DNA of 64,000 nt from Alphaproteobacteria bacterium (GCA_965248835.1 CBDFLJ010000001.1:1088001-1152000), one strand, 5' to 3'. Shown: positions 13,464 through 23,511, numbered from the stretch's first letter. Program-made: numbers and translations. Notes: a model not told the origin generated them from the letters alone.

Positions 13464-14336
13464 ATGCTGAACTTCGACGATCAGGACGGAAAAATCTGGT
13501 TCGACGGGGCGCTGTGCGACTGGCGCGACTGCAGGCTCCATGTGCTGAGCCATGGCCTGCACTATGCGAGCTGCGTCTTCGAGGGCGAGCGGGTCTATGC
13601 CGGCCGCGTCTTCAGGCTGCGCGAGCACACGCAGCGGCTGATCGATTCGGCAACGGCCTTGGGCTTCGTCATCCCCTACGGGCTGGAGGAGATCGAGCAG
13701 GCGACGCTGGCGACCGTCGCCGCCCAGGGCTATCCGGACGCCTATGTCCGCCCGGTCGCCTGGCGCGGCAGCGAGATGATGGGGGTCTCGGCCCAGGAGA
13801 CCATGATCCACTTGGCGATCGCGGTCTGGGAATGGCCATCCTATTTCTCGCCCGAGGCGCGGATGAAGGGCATCAAGCTGCGCACCGCGAAATGGCGGCG
13901 CCCGGCACCGGATATGGCACCGGTGCATTCCAAGGCGGCCGGGCTCTACATGATCTGCACCCTGTCCAAGCACGACGCCGAGGCCGAAGGCTATGACGAC
14001 GCGCTGATGCTTGATTACCGCGGCCGGGTCGCCGAGACGACCGGCGCCAACGTGTTCCTGGTCCAGGACGGCAGCCTGCATACGCCGATCCCGGACTGCT
14101 TCCTGGACGGCATCACACGGCGGACGGTGATCGGACTGGCCGAGGAGCGCGGCATCGAAGTCATCGAGCGTGTCGTGATGCCCGAGGACCTCGCCAAATC
14201 CGATGAGATCTTCGTCACCGGCACGGCCGCCGAGGTCACCCCGGTCGGCGAGATCGACGACCTGAACTTCCAGGTCGGCCCGGTCACACGCACGCTGATG
14301 GCGGCCTACGACGATCTGGTTCGGGCCCCCGATTAA
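13464..14336 (+). CDS. ilvE: Branched-chain amino acid aminotransferase (class IV PLP)
   Basis: HGLHYASCVFEG, YVRP, KAAGLY, ETTGANVF, LDGITR, FVTGTAAEVTP. Confidence 0.93.
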   Translation: MLNFDDQDGKIWFDGALCDWRDCRLHVLSHGLHYASCVFEGERVYAGRVFRLREHTQRLIDSATALGFVIPYGLEEIEQATLATVAAQGYPDAYVRPVAWRGSEMMGVSAQETMIHLAIAVWEWPSYFSPEARMKGIKLRTAKWRRPAPDMAPVHSKAAGLYMICTLSKHDAEAEGYDDALMLDYRGRVAETTGANVFLVQDGSLHTPIPDCFLDGITRRTVIGLAEERGIEVIERVVMPEDLAKSDEIFVTGTAAEVTPVGEIDDLNFQVGPVTRTLMAAYDDLVRAPD

Positions 14337-14358
14337 GAAGACCGGCGCCCGCGCGGGC

Positions 14359-15372
14359 TCAGGCTCGGAACGCGGGCAGCACCTCTTCGATGCAGCGCTG
14401 GAGCTGATCGCGCGGCCGGGCCGAGACGAACCGCAGGATCGGCATCGTGCAGCCGGCCTCGATATAGGCGGCGATCTTGTCGATGACCGCCTGGGGCGAT
14501 CCGTAAGCAAGCCAGGTCTCGGCGCGCTCGCGGCTGATGTGCCCGGCGCCGTAATAGGACGTCAGGAAGGTCGTTGCCTCCTCGAACGCCCGGTCACGGT
14601 CCTCATCGATGTTGACCATCATGTGCAGCGAGCCGTCGAAATCGGCGGTATCGCGGCCGAGTTCCTGGGCATAGTCGCGGATCCTGTCGAACCGCGCGCG
14701 GAAGGTCTCCACCGGGGTGCTGTCGGTCTGCCAGCCATCGGCGTGTTTGGCCACGCGCCTGAGGATGCGCTCCAGCGTCCGGTCGTCGACCGCATCCACC
14801 ATCGGGTTGACCGCGATCAGGATCGGCATCGGCGATTGAACCGGCTTGGGATGCAGGTCGACGTCGCGGAACCGGTGGAACCGGCCGGAATGGCTCACCA
14901 CCTCCTCGCTCCACAGGCGGCGCAGGATCGAGATGCCTTCCACGACCCGCCCGGCCCGCTCGCCGGACTTGACCCCCATCACCTCAAGCTCGTGAGCGAA
15001 TTGCGGCCCGTCATGCATCGAGCCGCCGTTGCAGACCGCGAGGATCATGCGGCCTTTCGACAGCACGTCCAGGCTCGCCCATTGCAGCGCGAACAGGATG
15101 GGATCGCGCATCGGGAAGCTCGCCAGGCACACCGTCCCGAGCCTGACCTGCCGGGTGCGCGTGGCCATCGCCGACAGCGTGACGATCGCCTCGATCCGCG
15201 GCTTGGACAGCAGGTTGTCGCCGATCCAGACGCCGTCGAACAGGCCCGAGGCTTCGGCGGTCTCGGCCATGTCAAGCAGATCATCGAGCGTGCCCCAGTC
15301 GAACAGCACCGCCCGGGTCGACAGGCTGAGGCCGAACTTCGCCGTCATCGCGATGGGCGCCGTGTTCGCCAT
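14359..15372 (-). CDS. LLM-class flavin-dependent oxidoreductase
   Basis: AEASGLFDGVWIGD, RLGT, ASLDVLSKGR, PKPVQSPMPI, RRVAKHADGW (luciferase-like fold). Confidence 0.88.
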   Translation of the reverse strand: MANTAPIAMTAKFGLSLSTRAVLFDWGTLDDLLDMAETAEASGLFDGVWIGDNLLSKPRIEAIVTLSAMATRTRQVRLGTVCLASFPMRDPILFALQWASLDVLSKGRMILAVCNGGSMHDGPQFAHELEVMGVKSGERAGRVVEGISILRRLWSEEVVSHSGRFHRFRDVDLHPKPVQSPMPILIAVNPMVDAVDDRTLERILRRVAKHADGWQTDSTPVETFRARFDRIRDYAQELGRDTADFDGSLHMMVNIDEDRDRAFEEATTFLTSYYGAGHISRERAETWLAYGSPQAVIDKIAAYIEAGCTMPILRFVSARPRDQLQRCIEEVLPAFRA

Positions 15373-15389
15373 ACCGGTCCGCTCCGTGG

Positions 15390-16580
15390 CTATTGGAGAT
15401 AGGCGAGGATGGCCCGGGTGATGACCCGGGCCACGTTGTCGAGATGGCTGAGCGGCACGAAATCGTCTTCGAGCACGCCCGCACCGCCGCCGACGCCGTA
15501 CATTACCGCCGGGACGCCGGCCGCGCACGGCCCGCCGGCATCGAACGTGCCCTGGCCGTAATAGGTGGCCGGCTCCTCGCCGTGGACCGCCGCATGGGCC
15601 TCGACAAGCAGCCGGACTCCGCGATGGTCCGGGTCGACCAGGGCAGGCCACATGTGGTTGCCCTGCTCGACGGCGACCTCGTAGGGCGCCAGATCGCCGA
15701 TCGCCGCGCGGACCTCGCCGGTCGCCTCGGCCGGATCGTCGCCCGGCAGGAGCCTGCGGTCGATCCGCATGAAGGCGGTATCGGGCAAGGTGTGGGGGGC
15801 GAGCGGCCGGTAGGTCACCTGATAGGGGATGACATGCCGGCCGCCGAGCTGCGGGTGCCCGCCGGGCAGATCCATCCGCTTGAGGCGGCTCATCACCTCA
15901 TAGGCGCCGTCGATGGCGCTGAGGCCGGTGCCGGGCACGCTCGAATGGACCGCCTTGCCGCGCACCGTGACGTTGACGTCCACCCGGCCGCGGTTGCCCA
16001 GGGATATGGACTGACCGGTTCTGGTCATCAGGACGGCGAACGACGGCTTGACCGGGAGTGCCTCGAGAATCGCCTCGGAGCAGGCATGGCTGCTGCGGCC
16101 CTCATTGTTGACCGCGACGTAGAGCGTGCCGGCGAGCTCCACCCGGTGGTCCAGGAGCAGCTTCAGAATCGCCAGCGCGATCGCCTGATGGGCCTTGTTC
16201 TGGGTCACCCCCTGGCCGAACACGCAGGGCTCGTCATAGCCCCATCGCGCGGCGCGGGCGAGCTTGCCCGACCAGGGATCGGACATCTGGTTGTGGTGCT
16301 GGACGGGGGTGTAGACCTGGATCAACAGGCACGCATCGGAGCGGCCCTGGCCGAGCCGGGCGACGATCTGGTTGCCGGGGGCATCGATCAGGTCGTAGGC
16401 GCCGATTTCCACCAGCCGCGGGCGCAGCACCGCCTGGACGTAGTGCACCAGCTTGGGATCGTCCGGCTCGATGAAGACCTCGGTGCCCATCGCAACGTCG
16501 GCCGGCACCTTGGCAAGCGCGACCAGGGTCTTGGTCAGGTAGTCGGTGTCCAGGTGCGCGAGGATGGCTTCGGTCTGCAT
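15390..16580 (-). CDS. M20/ArgE-DapE-like protein with non-canonical active site
   Basis: M20 architecture: DPWSG, GK.VHSS.P..G.SAI dimerisation domain, DRRLLPG, TFDAG...GVPAVMYG; metal ligands substituted. Confidence 0.85.
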   Translation of the reverse strand: MQTEAILAHLDTDYLTKTLVALAKVPADVAMGTEVFIEPDDPKLVHYVQAVLRPRLVEIGAYDLIDAPGNQIVARLGQGRSDACLLIQVYTPVQHHNQMSDPWSGKLARAARWGYDEPCVFGQGVTQNKAHQAIALAILKLLLDHRVELAGTLYVAVNNEGRSSHACSEAILEALPVKPSFAVLMTRTGQSISLGNRGRVDVNVTVRGKAVHSSVPGTGLSAIDGAYEVMSRLKRMDLPGGHPQLGGRHVIPYQVTYRPLAPHTLPDTAFMRIDRRLLPGDDPAEATGEVRAAIGDLAPYEVAVEQGNHMWPALVDPDHRGVRLLVEAHAAVHGEEPATYYGQGTFDAGGPCAAGVPAVMYGVGGGAGVLEDDFVPLSHLDNVARVITRAILAYLQ

Positions 16581-16593
16581 CAAACGGCCGTGC

Positions 16594-17349
16594 TCAATGC
16601 ATCGCCGAGCCGCCGTCGCATACCACCGTCTGGCCGGTGACGAAATCGCTGTCCGATGAGCACAGGAAGACCATGGTCCCCATCAGGTCCTCCGGCGTCT
16701 CCTCGCGTTTGATCGCCCGGCTGTCGAGGTTGCGTTCCCTGAGCGGCGCCCACTGGTCGTCCTCGGCGACCTTCTCGCTGATCGTCAGGCCCGGCGCCAG
16801 CGAATTGACGCAGATCCCGTCATCGCCGACCTCCCGGGCAAGCGAGCGCGAGAACGCGATCACCGCTCCCTTGGAGGCGACGTAGTGGAGCATCATCGGC
16901 ACCCCCTTGTGCACCGTCGAAGAGGCGATGTTGACGATCTTGCCGTAGCCGTTCTTCTTCATCTCCGGGACCACCGCCTTGGCGCAGCTGAACACCCCGC
17001 GGGTGTTGATCTCCATCATGCGGTCCCACTCCGCTTCGTCGATCTCCAGGAACGACTTCACCCTGATGTCGGCGAACAGAGCGGCGTTGTTGACCAGGAT
17101 ATCGATCTTGCCATAGGTCTCGATCGTTCGGGCGACCATGGCCCTGATCTGGTCGGGCTCGGTGACGTCGCAATGCATCCCGATCGCCTCGCCGCCGGCC
17201 TGCTTGATGATGTTGACCGTGCGCTCGGTATCGACGATGTCGCTAACCACGACCTTGGCGCCTTCGGCGGCCAGCGCCTTGCAATAGGCAACGCCGATGC
17301 CCCGCCCGCCGCCGGTGACGATCGCAACCCGTCCGTCCAGTCTCGCCAT
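16594..17349 (-). CDS. Short-chain dehydrogenase/reductase
   Basis: TGGGRGIG, NNAA, YVASK; GGAGG RBS before ATG 17349. Confidence 0.93.
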   Translation of the reverse strand: MARLDGRVAIVTGGGRGIGVAYCKALAAEGAKVVVSDIVDTERTVNIIKQAGGEAIGMHCDVTEPDQIRAMVARTIETYGKIDILVNNAALFADIRVKSFLEIDEAEWDRMMEINTRGVFSCAKAVVPEMKKNGYGKIVNIASSTVHKGVPMMLHYVASKGAVIAFSRSLAREVGDDGICVNSLAPGLTISEKVAEDDQWAPLRERNLDSRAIKREETPEDLMGTMVFLCSSDSDFVTGQTVVCDGGSAMH

Positions 17350-17470
17350 GTCGTCCCTCCCCACGCGTTCGACCGCTCGATGGCCCGGCGGGCCTGGCGG
17401 CCGCCAAGGGTATCATCGCCCTACCGCGTACCCTCCCGGCCATCCACTATAACCGAGTTTTCAAGGCCGC

Positions 17471-18367
17471 CTAACGCCTGGCCTCGACGCGGGCAATGTA
17501 GTAGGTGCTGGCGGCGATGATCAGCGCCCCGGCGACGGTCCAGAGCGAGGGGATTTCGGCGAACAGGAAATAGCCGAACAGGGCCGCATAGATCAGCCGC
17601 AGGTTCTCCGAGGGGCCAACGGCATTGGCTTCGCCAACCGAGAACGCCTGCAGATAGCAGAAGATGCCCGCGGTGGTAAGCGCGCCGATAGCGCCCATCA
17701 TCACCCATTCCATGCCCACCGGCGTCCGCCAGGTCCAGGCGGCGGGGCCGGCGAAGACCGCCATCCCGCCGATGTGATAGTAGAACAGGATCCGGTTGGT
17801 CGGCTCGGTCCGGGCCAGCACCCGGATCAACACGTTGGCGATCGCAAACGCCAGCGCCGCGCCGACCGCGACCAGCGCCATCAGGTCAAGCCCGCCGCCG
17901 GCCGGCCGGATCATGACAAGCACCCCGAGGAAGCCGACGGCAGTCGCTGTCCACCGCCGTCCATCGACGACCTCGGACAGGACGATCACCGCAACCACGG
18001 TGGTGAACAAAGGCTTGGAGAACATGATCGCCGTGGCATCGGCCAGCGGCAGGTAGATGATCGACAGGAACACCCCGAGCTGGGCGACGAAGGCGAACGA
18101 CATGCGCATCAGGTGCAGGCCGATCCGCTCGGTCTTGAGGTCCTGCCAGCCCATGCGCACGAAGACCGGCATGAGCAGGACCATGCCGACGCAATACCGG
18201 AACAGGGTGATCTCCAGGGGATCGAACTTGCGCCCGAGCGCTTTGACGCACACATCGGCGACCGAGAGCATGAAGGCGCCGATGCTAAGCCAGGCAATGC
18301 CGCGCAGGTTACCCGGCAGGCCCGTCCAGTAGCGTTCCAGCGGACCGGCGGCCTGGGGCGCGCTCAC
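17471..18367 (-). CDS. DMT/EamA-family transporter
   Basis: Ten hydrophobic segments; LPLADATAIMFSKPLF, GFLGVLVMIRP; start overlaps the upstream Rieske gene stop. Confidence 0.9.
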   Translation of the reverse strand: MSAPQAAGPLERYWTGLPGNLRGIAWLSIGAFMLSVADVCVKALGRKFDPLEITLFRYCVGMVLLMPVFVRMGWQDLKTERIGLHLMRMSFAFVAQLGVFLSIIYLPLADATAIMFSKPLFTTVVAVIVLSEVVDGRRWTATAVGFLGVLVMIRPAGGGLDLMALVAVGAALAFAIANVLIRVLARTEPTNRILFYYHIGGMAVFAGPAAWTWRTPVGMEWVMMGAIGALTTAGIFCYLQAFSVGEANAVGPSENLRLIYAALFGYFLFAEIPSLWTVAGALIIAASTYYIARVEARR

Positions 18368-19500
18368 ATCTGCTCCAGAACCTGGTCGAGGATCCAGTTA
18401 TCGACCGCGTGCACCCCGGCCTCGCGGTGGCTGAACCGGCCGGGACGGGCGTGCGGGGAGGCAAGCCCAAGCTGCTGGTTCTCGGTCGCGGCGTTGTCCT
18501 CGGGATGGGACGCCTCGGTCCGGGCGTAATACCCGCCGACGATCGCGTCGAAGTCCGGATCGCGCGGCGCGGCTTCGGCGAAGCACGAGCCGACCACCAC
18601 CTTTGTCCTGTCCGGCGCCACCGGCCGGAAGGACATCCACCACATGCAGTCGATGGAAAAGACCAGGAACGAGCCCGGGTAGAGCCCGATGAAATACGTC
18701 CCCTCGGCCGCCGGGCCCTGGAGCGACTCAATCGGCGGAAGAATTGCAGCCGCCCCGAGCCGAGCCGCGATCGAGCCGTCGTGGCGGAAGAACGAGCCCG
18801 ACCAGTGGCCGGTTGCGGCAAGCTGGACGGGAAGCTGGTCCTTCAGCGTCGTACGGTGGACGGTGGCGACGTGGTAGCTCTCGCGCTGGTTCTCCAGGCA
18901 GAGCTTCCAGTTGCAGGCCAACGCGTATTCACGCAGGCGGGTGCAGACCATGGTCTCCGCGCGATGGGAGCCGACGAGCTCCGGCAGATTGCCCAGATGC
19001 GCGGCCAGATCCGGCCCGTCTTCGGCGAAGCAGACGAACACGAAGCCCGCCCATTCGGCGAGCCGGATGGGCGCCAGACCGTAGTCGGCGCGGTCGAATC
19101 CCTCGGTCGTTTCCATGCCGGAGGCGGCGAGCAGCGATCCGTCGCGCGCGTAGGTCCAGCCATGGTAGGGACAGCTCAGCGCCCGGCAGGTGCCGCTGCC
19201 CGAGACCAGCCGCGCGCCGCGATGCCGGCAGCTATTGGCGACGGCGCGCAGAACGCCGTCATCGCCGCGCAGCACCACCAGCGGCACGCCGGCCAGATCG
19301 ACGGCCAGGAAATCGCCCGGTCCGGGGACCTGCTCCGCCCGGCCGATCAAGTTCCAGTGCCGGCGAAAGATCCGCTCGACCTCGCGGGCGAAAAATTCGG
19401 GCGCGGTGTAGCATTGCGGCGGCAGGGTCTCCGCGGCAAGCAGCGGCCGGCGAACCGCCGCGTAGCGCACCGGGTCGAACAGGTCGCGATCGCTCGCCAA
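18364..19500 (-). CDS. Rieske non-heme iron oxygenase alpha subunit (choline monooxygenase-like group)
   Basis: NSCRHRG...CPYHGW Rieske motif, NWKLCLENQRESYHVATVH, ED...ENQQLGL; TTG at 19500 has an AAGGAGG RBS (alternative ATG 19560). Confidence 0.9.
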   Translation of the reverse strand: MASDRDLFDPVRYAAVRRPLLAAETLPPQCYTAPEFFAREVERIFRRHWNLIGRAEQVPGPGDFLAVDLAGVPLVVLRGDDGVLRAVANSCRHRGARLVSGSGTCRALSCPYHGWTYARDGSLLAASGMETTEGFDRADYGLAPIRLAEWAGFVFVCFAEDGPDLAAHLGNLPELVGSHRAETMVCTRLREYALACNWKLCLENQRESYHVATVHRTTLKDQLPVQLAATGHWSGSFFRHDGSIAARLGAAAILPPIESLQGPAAEGTYFIGLYPGSFLVFSIDCMWWMSFRPVAPDRTKVVVGSCFAEAAPRDPDFDAIVGGYYARTEASHPEDNAATENQQLGLASPHARPGRFSHREAGVHAVDNWILDQVLEQM

Positions 19501-19531
19501 GACCGCCTTCGCCTCCTTCGGATCGGCTAGA

Positions 19532-20284
19532 TCAGGTCCGCACCCAGCCGCCGTCGACATACAGCGTCTGTCCGGTCATGAAGGCGGCATCGTCGCTGGT
19601 CAGGAAGGACATCGCGCCGACCAGGTCGTCAGGCACCTGCTCGCGCTTGATAGCCTGGTTTGCCGCCACGGTGGCGAACCGCTCTTCGGAGCGCGGCTCG
19701 GTCACGGTGGTCCCGTAGGTGCGCACCAGGCTCGGCGCGATGGCGTTGACCGTCACCCCGGTCCCGCCCAGATCGCTCGCCAGGGCCCGGGTGAAGCCGA
19801 TCACCCCGGCCTTGCTCGCAACATAGTGGGTGTAGCCGGTCACCGGGGTGGCCACCGTGTTGGAAGCCATGTTGACCACCCGCCCCCAGCCGCGCGCGGT
19901 CATGCCGGGCACGAACGCCTTGGCCGTCAGGAACATCGAATCGAGGTTGATTGACAGCACCCGGCGCCAGTCCTCGAAGCGCACGTCCTCGAACGGCAGG
20001 TTGGGGAAAATCCCGACATTGTTGATCAGGATGTCGCAGCGCTCGAAGGCTTGCTCGACCGCCGCGGCAAGCGCAGCGACGCTGTCCGGGTCCGCGACGT
20101 CGACCTTCACGCCCAGCGCCTCGACCCCTGCCGCGCGGACGGCCTGCTCGGTCTCCGCCGTGGAGTCCTGATCGGCGATCACGATCCGGGCGCCGTCGGC
20201 GGCCAGCCGCCTGGCGTAAGCCTGGCCGATCCCCTTCGCGGCGCCGGTGATGACCGCGACCTTGTCCTGGTGGCCTTTGCTCAT
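19532..20284 (-). CDS. Short-chain dehydrogenase/reductase (pyridoxal 4-dehydrogenase-like subgroup)
   Basis: TGAAKGIG, INNVG, MASNT, YVASKAGVIGFTRALA; GGAGGG RBS. Subgroup assignment is tentative. Confidence 0.9.
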   Translation of the reverse strand: MSKGHQDKVAVITGAAKGIGQAYARRLAADGARIVIADQDSTAETEQAVRAAGVEALGVKVDVADPDSVAALAAAVEQAFERCDILINNVGIFPNLPFEDVRFEDWRRVLSINLDSMFLTAKAFVPGMTARGWGRVVNMASNTVATPVTGYTHYVASKAGVIGFTRALASDLGGTGVTVNAIAPSLVRTYGTTVTEPRSEERFATVAANQAIKREQVPDDLVGAMSFLTSDDAAFMTGQTLYVDGGWVRT

Positions 20285-20441
20285 GGCTGTCCCTCCGTCT
20301 GCTCTGCGCCGGACCCGACGGAATGATATCGGAGTTCGCGTCCGGCCGCCCGCAGGCATGTTCCGAACAAACCGGCGTTGCGGGCCGGGCCGCCGATCCG
20401 ATCCGAACATGCTTTAGTATGCCGGCAGGAGGCGCTGCTGC

Positions 20442-21218
20442 GTGACGGCCGGATACAGCCTGGAGCGGACCGAAGGCCGCGAAGTCGTGCGGATGTCCGC
20501 GGTATCGAAGATTTTCGCCAACGGCACCGTCGCGTTGTCGGGGCTCGATCTCGCGGTGCGCGAGCACGAATTCGTCAGTTTGCTCGGCCCGTCGGGCTGC
20601 GGGAAGTCGACCGCGCTCCGGCTGATCGCCGGGCTCGCCGCGGCGAGCACGGGTACGATCACCAAGACCCGGCAGCCGATCGGCTTCGTTTTCCAGGAGC
20701 CGACGTTGATGCCCTGGGCGACGGTGTTCGACAACGTCCGCCTGCCGCTCAGGCTCGCCGGCAGGCAGGCGGCGGACAGCCGGACGAAGATCGACGAGAC
20801 TCTGGCGATGGTGGGGCTCGACGGGTTCGCCGGCGCCTATCCGCGCGAGCTGTCCGGCGGGATGAAGATGCGGGTCTCGATCGCCCGCGCGCTGGTCACC
20901 GAGCCGTCGTTGCTGCTGCTGGACGAGCCGTTCGCGGCCCTGGACGAGATCACGCGGATGCGGCTCAACGACGACCTGCTCGCGCTGTGGCGCGGCCAAC
21001 GCTGGACGGTCGTCTTCGTCACCCACTCGGTGTTCGAGTCGGTCTATCTGTCAAGCCGGATTCTGGTGATGACCGCACGCCCGGGCCGCATCGTCGCCGA
21101 GGTCGCGATCCCGCGGGCCTATCCGCGCGATACCGGTTTCCGCATGTCGGAGGACTATAACGGCTACTGTCGCGCGGTCTCCGCACGGCTGTCCGAGGCG
21201 ATGTCCGACGGGCTTTGA
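20442..21218 (+). CDS. ABC transporter ATP-binding protein, NitT/TauT family
   Basis: GPSGCGKST, FVFQEPTLMPW, LSGGMKMRVSIARAL, LLLLDEPF, FVTH. Confidence 0.93.
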   Translation: MTAGYSLERTEGREVVRMSAVSKIFANGTVALSGLDLAVREHEFVSLLGPSGCGKSTALRLIAGLAAASTGTITKTRQPIGFVFQEPTLMPWATVFDNVRLPLRLAGRQAADSRTKIDETLAMVGLDGFAGAYPRELSGGMKMRVSIARALVTEPSLLLLDEPFAALDEITRMRLNDDLLALWRGQRWTVVFVTHSVFESVYLSSRILVMTARPGRIVAEVAIPRAYPRDTGFRMSEDYNGYCRAVSARLSEAMSDGL

Positions 21219-21314
21219 AAGGCCGCAAGACCGGCGAGGTCGGTCATGTCCGCCCCTTGCCGTTTCCGCGCAATGTGGCACCGTGCGGCTTTGGGCGGAC
21301 AAGGGCGGGCGGTC

Positions 21315-22541
21315 ATGGACGAGGACCACGCCACGGCGCGCGCGGCAACGCTCCACAACCTGGGGGTCGGGCTTGCCCGGGCCGGCGATCCGGTTGCCGC
21401 GCTCGCCCGCTTCGATGCCGCGATAGCCTTGCGCCCGGACTACGCCCACGCCCATGTCAACCGCGGCGGGGCGCTGCACAGCCTCGGCCGCTATGCCGAG
21501 GCGGCCGAGGCCTACCGCGCGGCGCTCGCGCTCGAGCCCGGTCTTTACGAGATCCACCTGCGGTGCGGCCAGGTCCTGCTCGCAATCGGCCGGCGCGAGG
21601 AGGCGCTTGCCCATTTCGACCGCACCCGCGCGCTGCGCCGCGACCCGGCGGTCATAGGCGATGATCATCCCTCTTTCGCGCAGACATGCCGGCTCAAGCT
21701 GGTCCACGACGCCGCCCAGCTCCGCTACCTGGAGACCCGCGGCATCGAGACCGGGCTGGCCGGGCTTTACGAGGCGGCGGTCGAGGATATCGCCTGGCCC
21801 GAGGACCCGGCCGCTTCCATCGACATCCCGCCCGCCTGGCGCCACCGCCTGGCCGGCAGCTACAACCGCCCAATCCATGCCGGTCCCGCACCGGCGGTCG
21901 CGGGCGGCGCGATCCGGCCGGGAATCGCGGCCGCGCCCGGCATCGCCGTGATCGACGACCTGCTGGAGCCGGACGCGCTCCAGGCACTGCGCCGACACCT
22001 CCTGGAAAGCACGATATGGCACGATTTCAGCCATATCGGCGGGTTTCTCGCCGCCTACCTGGAAGACGGGCTGGCGAGCCCGCTGCTGCTCCAGATCGCG
22101 GCCGAGCTTCGCGCGGCGCTGCCTGAGCTTCTCGGCCCGCACCCGCTGCAGCAGGCCTGGGCCTTCAAATGCCTGACCGGCGCAAAGGGCATCGACGTCC
22201 ATGCCGATTCCGGCGCGGTCAGTGTGAATTTCTGGATCACCCCCGATTCCGCGAACTGCGATCCCGGGGCCGGCGGGCTGATCATCCATCGCGCACCGCC
22301 GCCCGAATTCTGGGCGGTCGAAGACTACGCCAAGGACATCGTCCGCATCCGCCGGATGATCGCCCGCAGCGATCAAGGGGTCGTCGAAGTCCCCTACGCC
22401 GCCAACCGGGCCGCGGTCTTCCGGTCGGTGCTGTTCCACGAGTCCGGCGCGGTCCGGTTCCGACCGGGCTACGAGAACCAGCGCATCAACATCACCCTGC
22501 TCTACGGCGAAGGCGAGCAGGACAGACCCGCCGAACTGTAA
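21315..22541 (+). CDS. TPR-repeat protein with C-terminal putative 2OG-Fe(II) oxygenase-like domain
   Basis: Three TPR-like repeats, then WAFK...IDVHADSGAVSVNFW...GGL...NRAAVF...LFHES...RINITLLY; start uncertain. Confidence 0.75.
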   Translation: MDEDHATARAATLHNLGVGLARAGDPVAALARFDAAIALRPDYAHAHVNRGGALHSLGRYAEAAEAYRAALALEPGLYEIHLRCGQVLLAIGRREEALAHFDRTRALRRDPAVIGDDHPSFAQTCRLKLVHDAAQLRYLETRGIETGLAGLYEAAVEDIAWPEDPAASIDIPPAWRHRLAGSYNRPIHAGPAPAVAGGAIRPGIAAAPGIAVIDDLLEPDALQALRRHLLESTIWHDFSHIGGFLAAYLEDGLASPLLLQIAAELRAALPELLGPHPLQQAWAFKCLTGAKGIDVHADSGAVSVNFWITPDSANCDPGAGGLIIHRAPPPEFWAVEDYAKDIVRIRRMIARSDQGVVEVPYAANRAAVFRSVLFHESGAVRFRPGYENQRINITLLYGEGEQDRPAEL

Positions 22542-22638
22542 CAAAACTGGAAAAATAATTTTTTTTGGAACGATCCTGGGCTACAGTGCCGGCCATGCGG
22601 ATTGACAGTCCGGCCCGGAGATCGGAGACAATCGCCAG

Positions 22639-23511
22639 ATGCACGACCTGACGGCGTCCGACAAGTACCCGGCGGCCCCAGTTCGCCTGGGCCAGCCCGA
22701 CCCCTACCCCGAACGCAAGGCGGGCGAGTTCATCTGCAACGTGGTGAGCAACGACTGGGTCAACGACGAGTATCGGCTGATGGTGCTCGACGTGCCGGCC
22801 CGCGCGCTGACGGCAGAGGCCGGCCAGTTCTTTCACCTGCTGTGCCCGACGCCCGACGGCGCCGAGGTGTGGATGCGCCGGCCGATGAGCATTTACCGCG
22901 TCGACCGGCCCGAGGCGCGGCTGGAGTTCCTCTACAAATGCGAGGGCCGCGGCACAATCGGCATGGGCACTCTCGGTCCGGGCGATGAATTCAACATTTT
23001 CGGCCCGCTGGGCATCGGGTTCCGGCTGGCGCCGGCGTGGCGGAACATCGTCGTCCTCGGCCGCGGCGTCGGGCTTGCAACGCTCGCGCCGCTGTCCCAG
23101 CTCGCGGCCGCGCGCGCGGTGCATGTCACGGCGATCCTGAGTGCGCGCAGTGCCGAGGTCTTGATGTCCAAGGACCTGTTCGAAGGGCTCGGAGCGGACG
23201 TGATCACCGTCATCGACAGCGACGGCAGCAGCGATGTGGACAACGTCGCGGCGATCCTCGAGCGCCTGATCGCCGGGGGCAGGGCCGATGCCTTCTTCAC
23301 CTGCGGATCCAACCGGCTGCTCAAGCTGATGCAGCGCCTGGGCGCGGCGCACGGCGTGCCCGGGCAGGTCGCGATGGAGCAGCTCATGTGTTGTGCGCTG
23401 GGCGCCTGCTACATCTGCGTCCGGACCTTCCAGATCGACGGCAAGAAGGTCCTCAAGCGGGTCTGCCGCGAAGGCCCGGTATTCGACATCCAGGAGGCGG
23501 TGGGATGGTAG
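22639..23511 (+). CDS. Dihydroorotate dehydrogenase electron-transfer subunit (PyrK-like; FAD, [2Fe-2S])
   Basis: RRPMSI FAD motif, GPLG.GF, GRGVGLA, CG, MCCALGACYIC...VCREGPVF. Confidence 0.9.
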   Translation: MHDLTASDKYPAAPVRLGQPDPYPERKAGEFICNVVSNDWVNDEYRLMVLDVPARALTAEAGQFFHLLCPTPDGAEVWMRRPMSIYRVDRPEARLEFLYKCEGRGTIGMGTLGPGDEFNIFGPLGIGFRLAPAWRNIVVLGRGVGLATLAPLSQLAAARAVHVTAILSARSAEVLMSKDLFEGLGADVITVIDSDGSSDVDNVAAILERLIAGGRADAFFTCGSNRLLKLMQRLGAAHGVPGQVAMEQLMCCALGACYICVRTFQIDGKKVLKRVCREGPVFDIQEAVGW

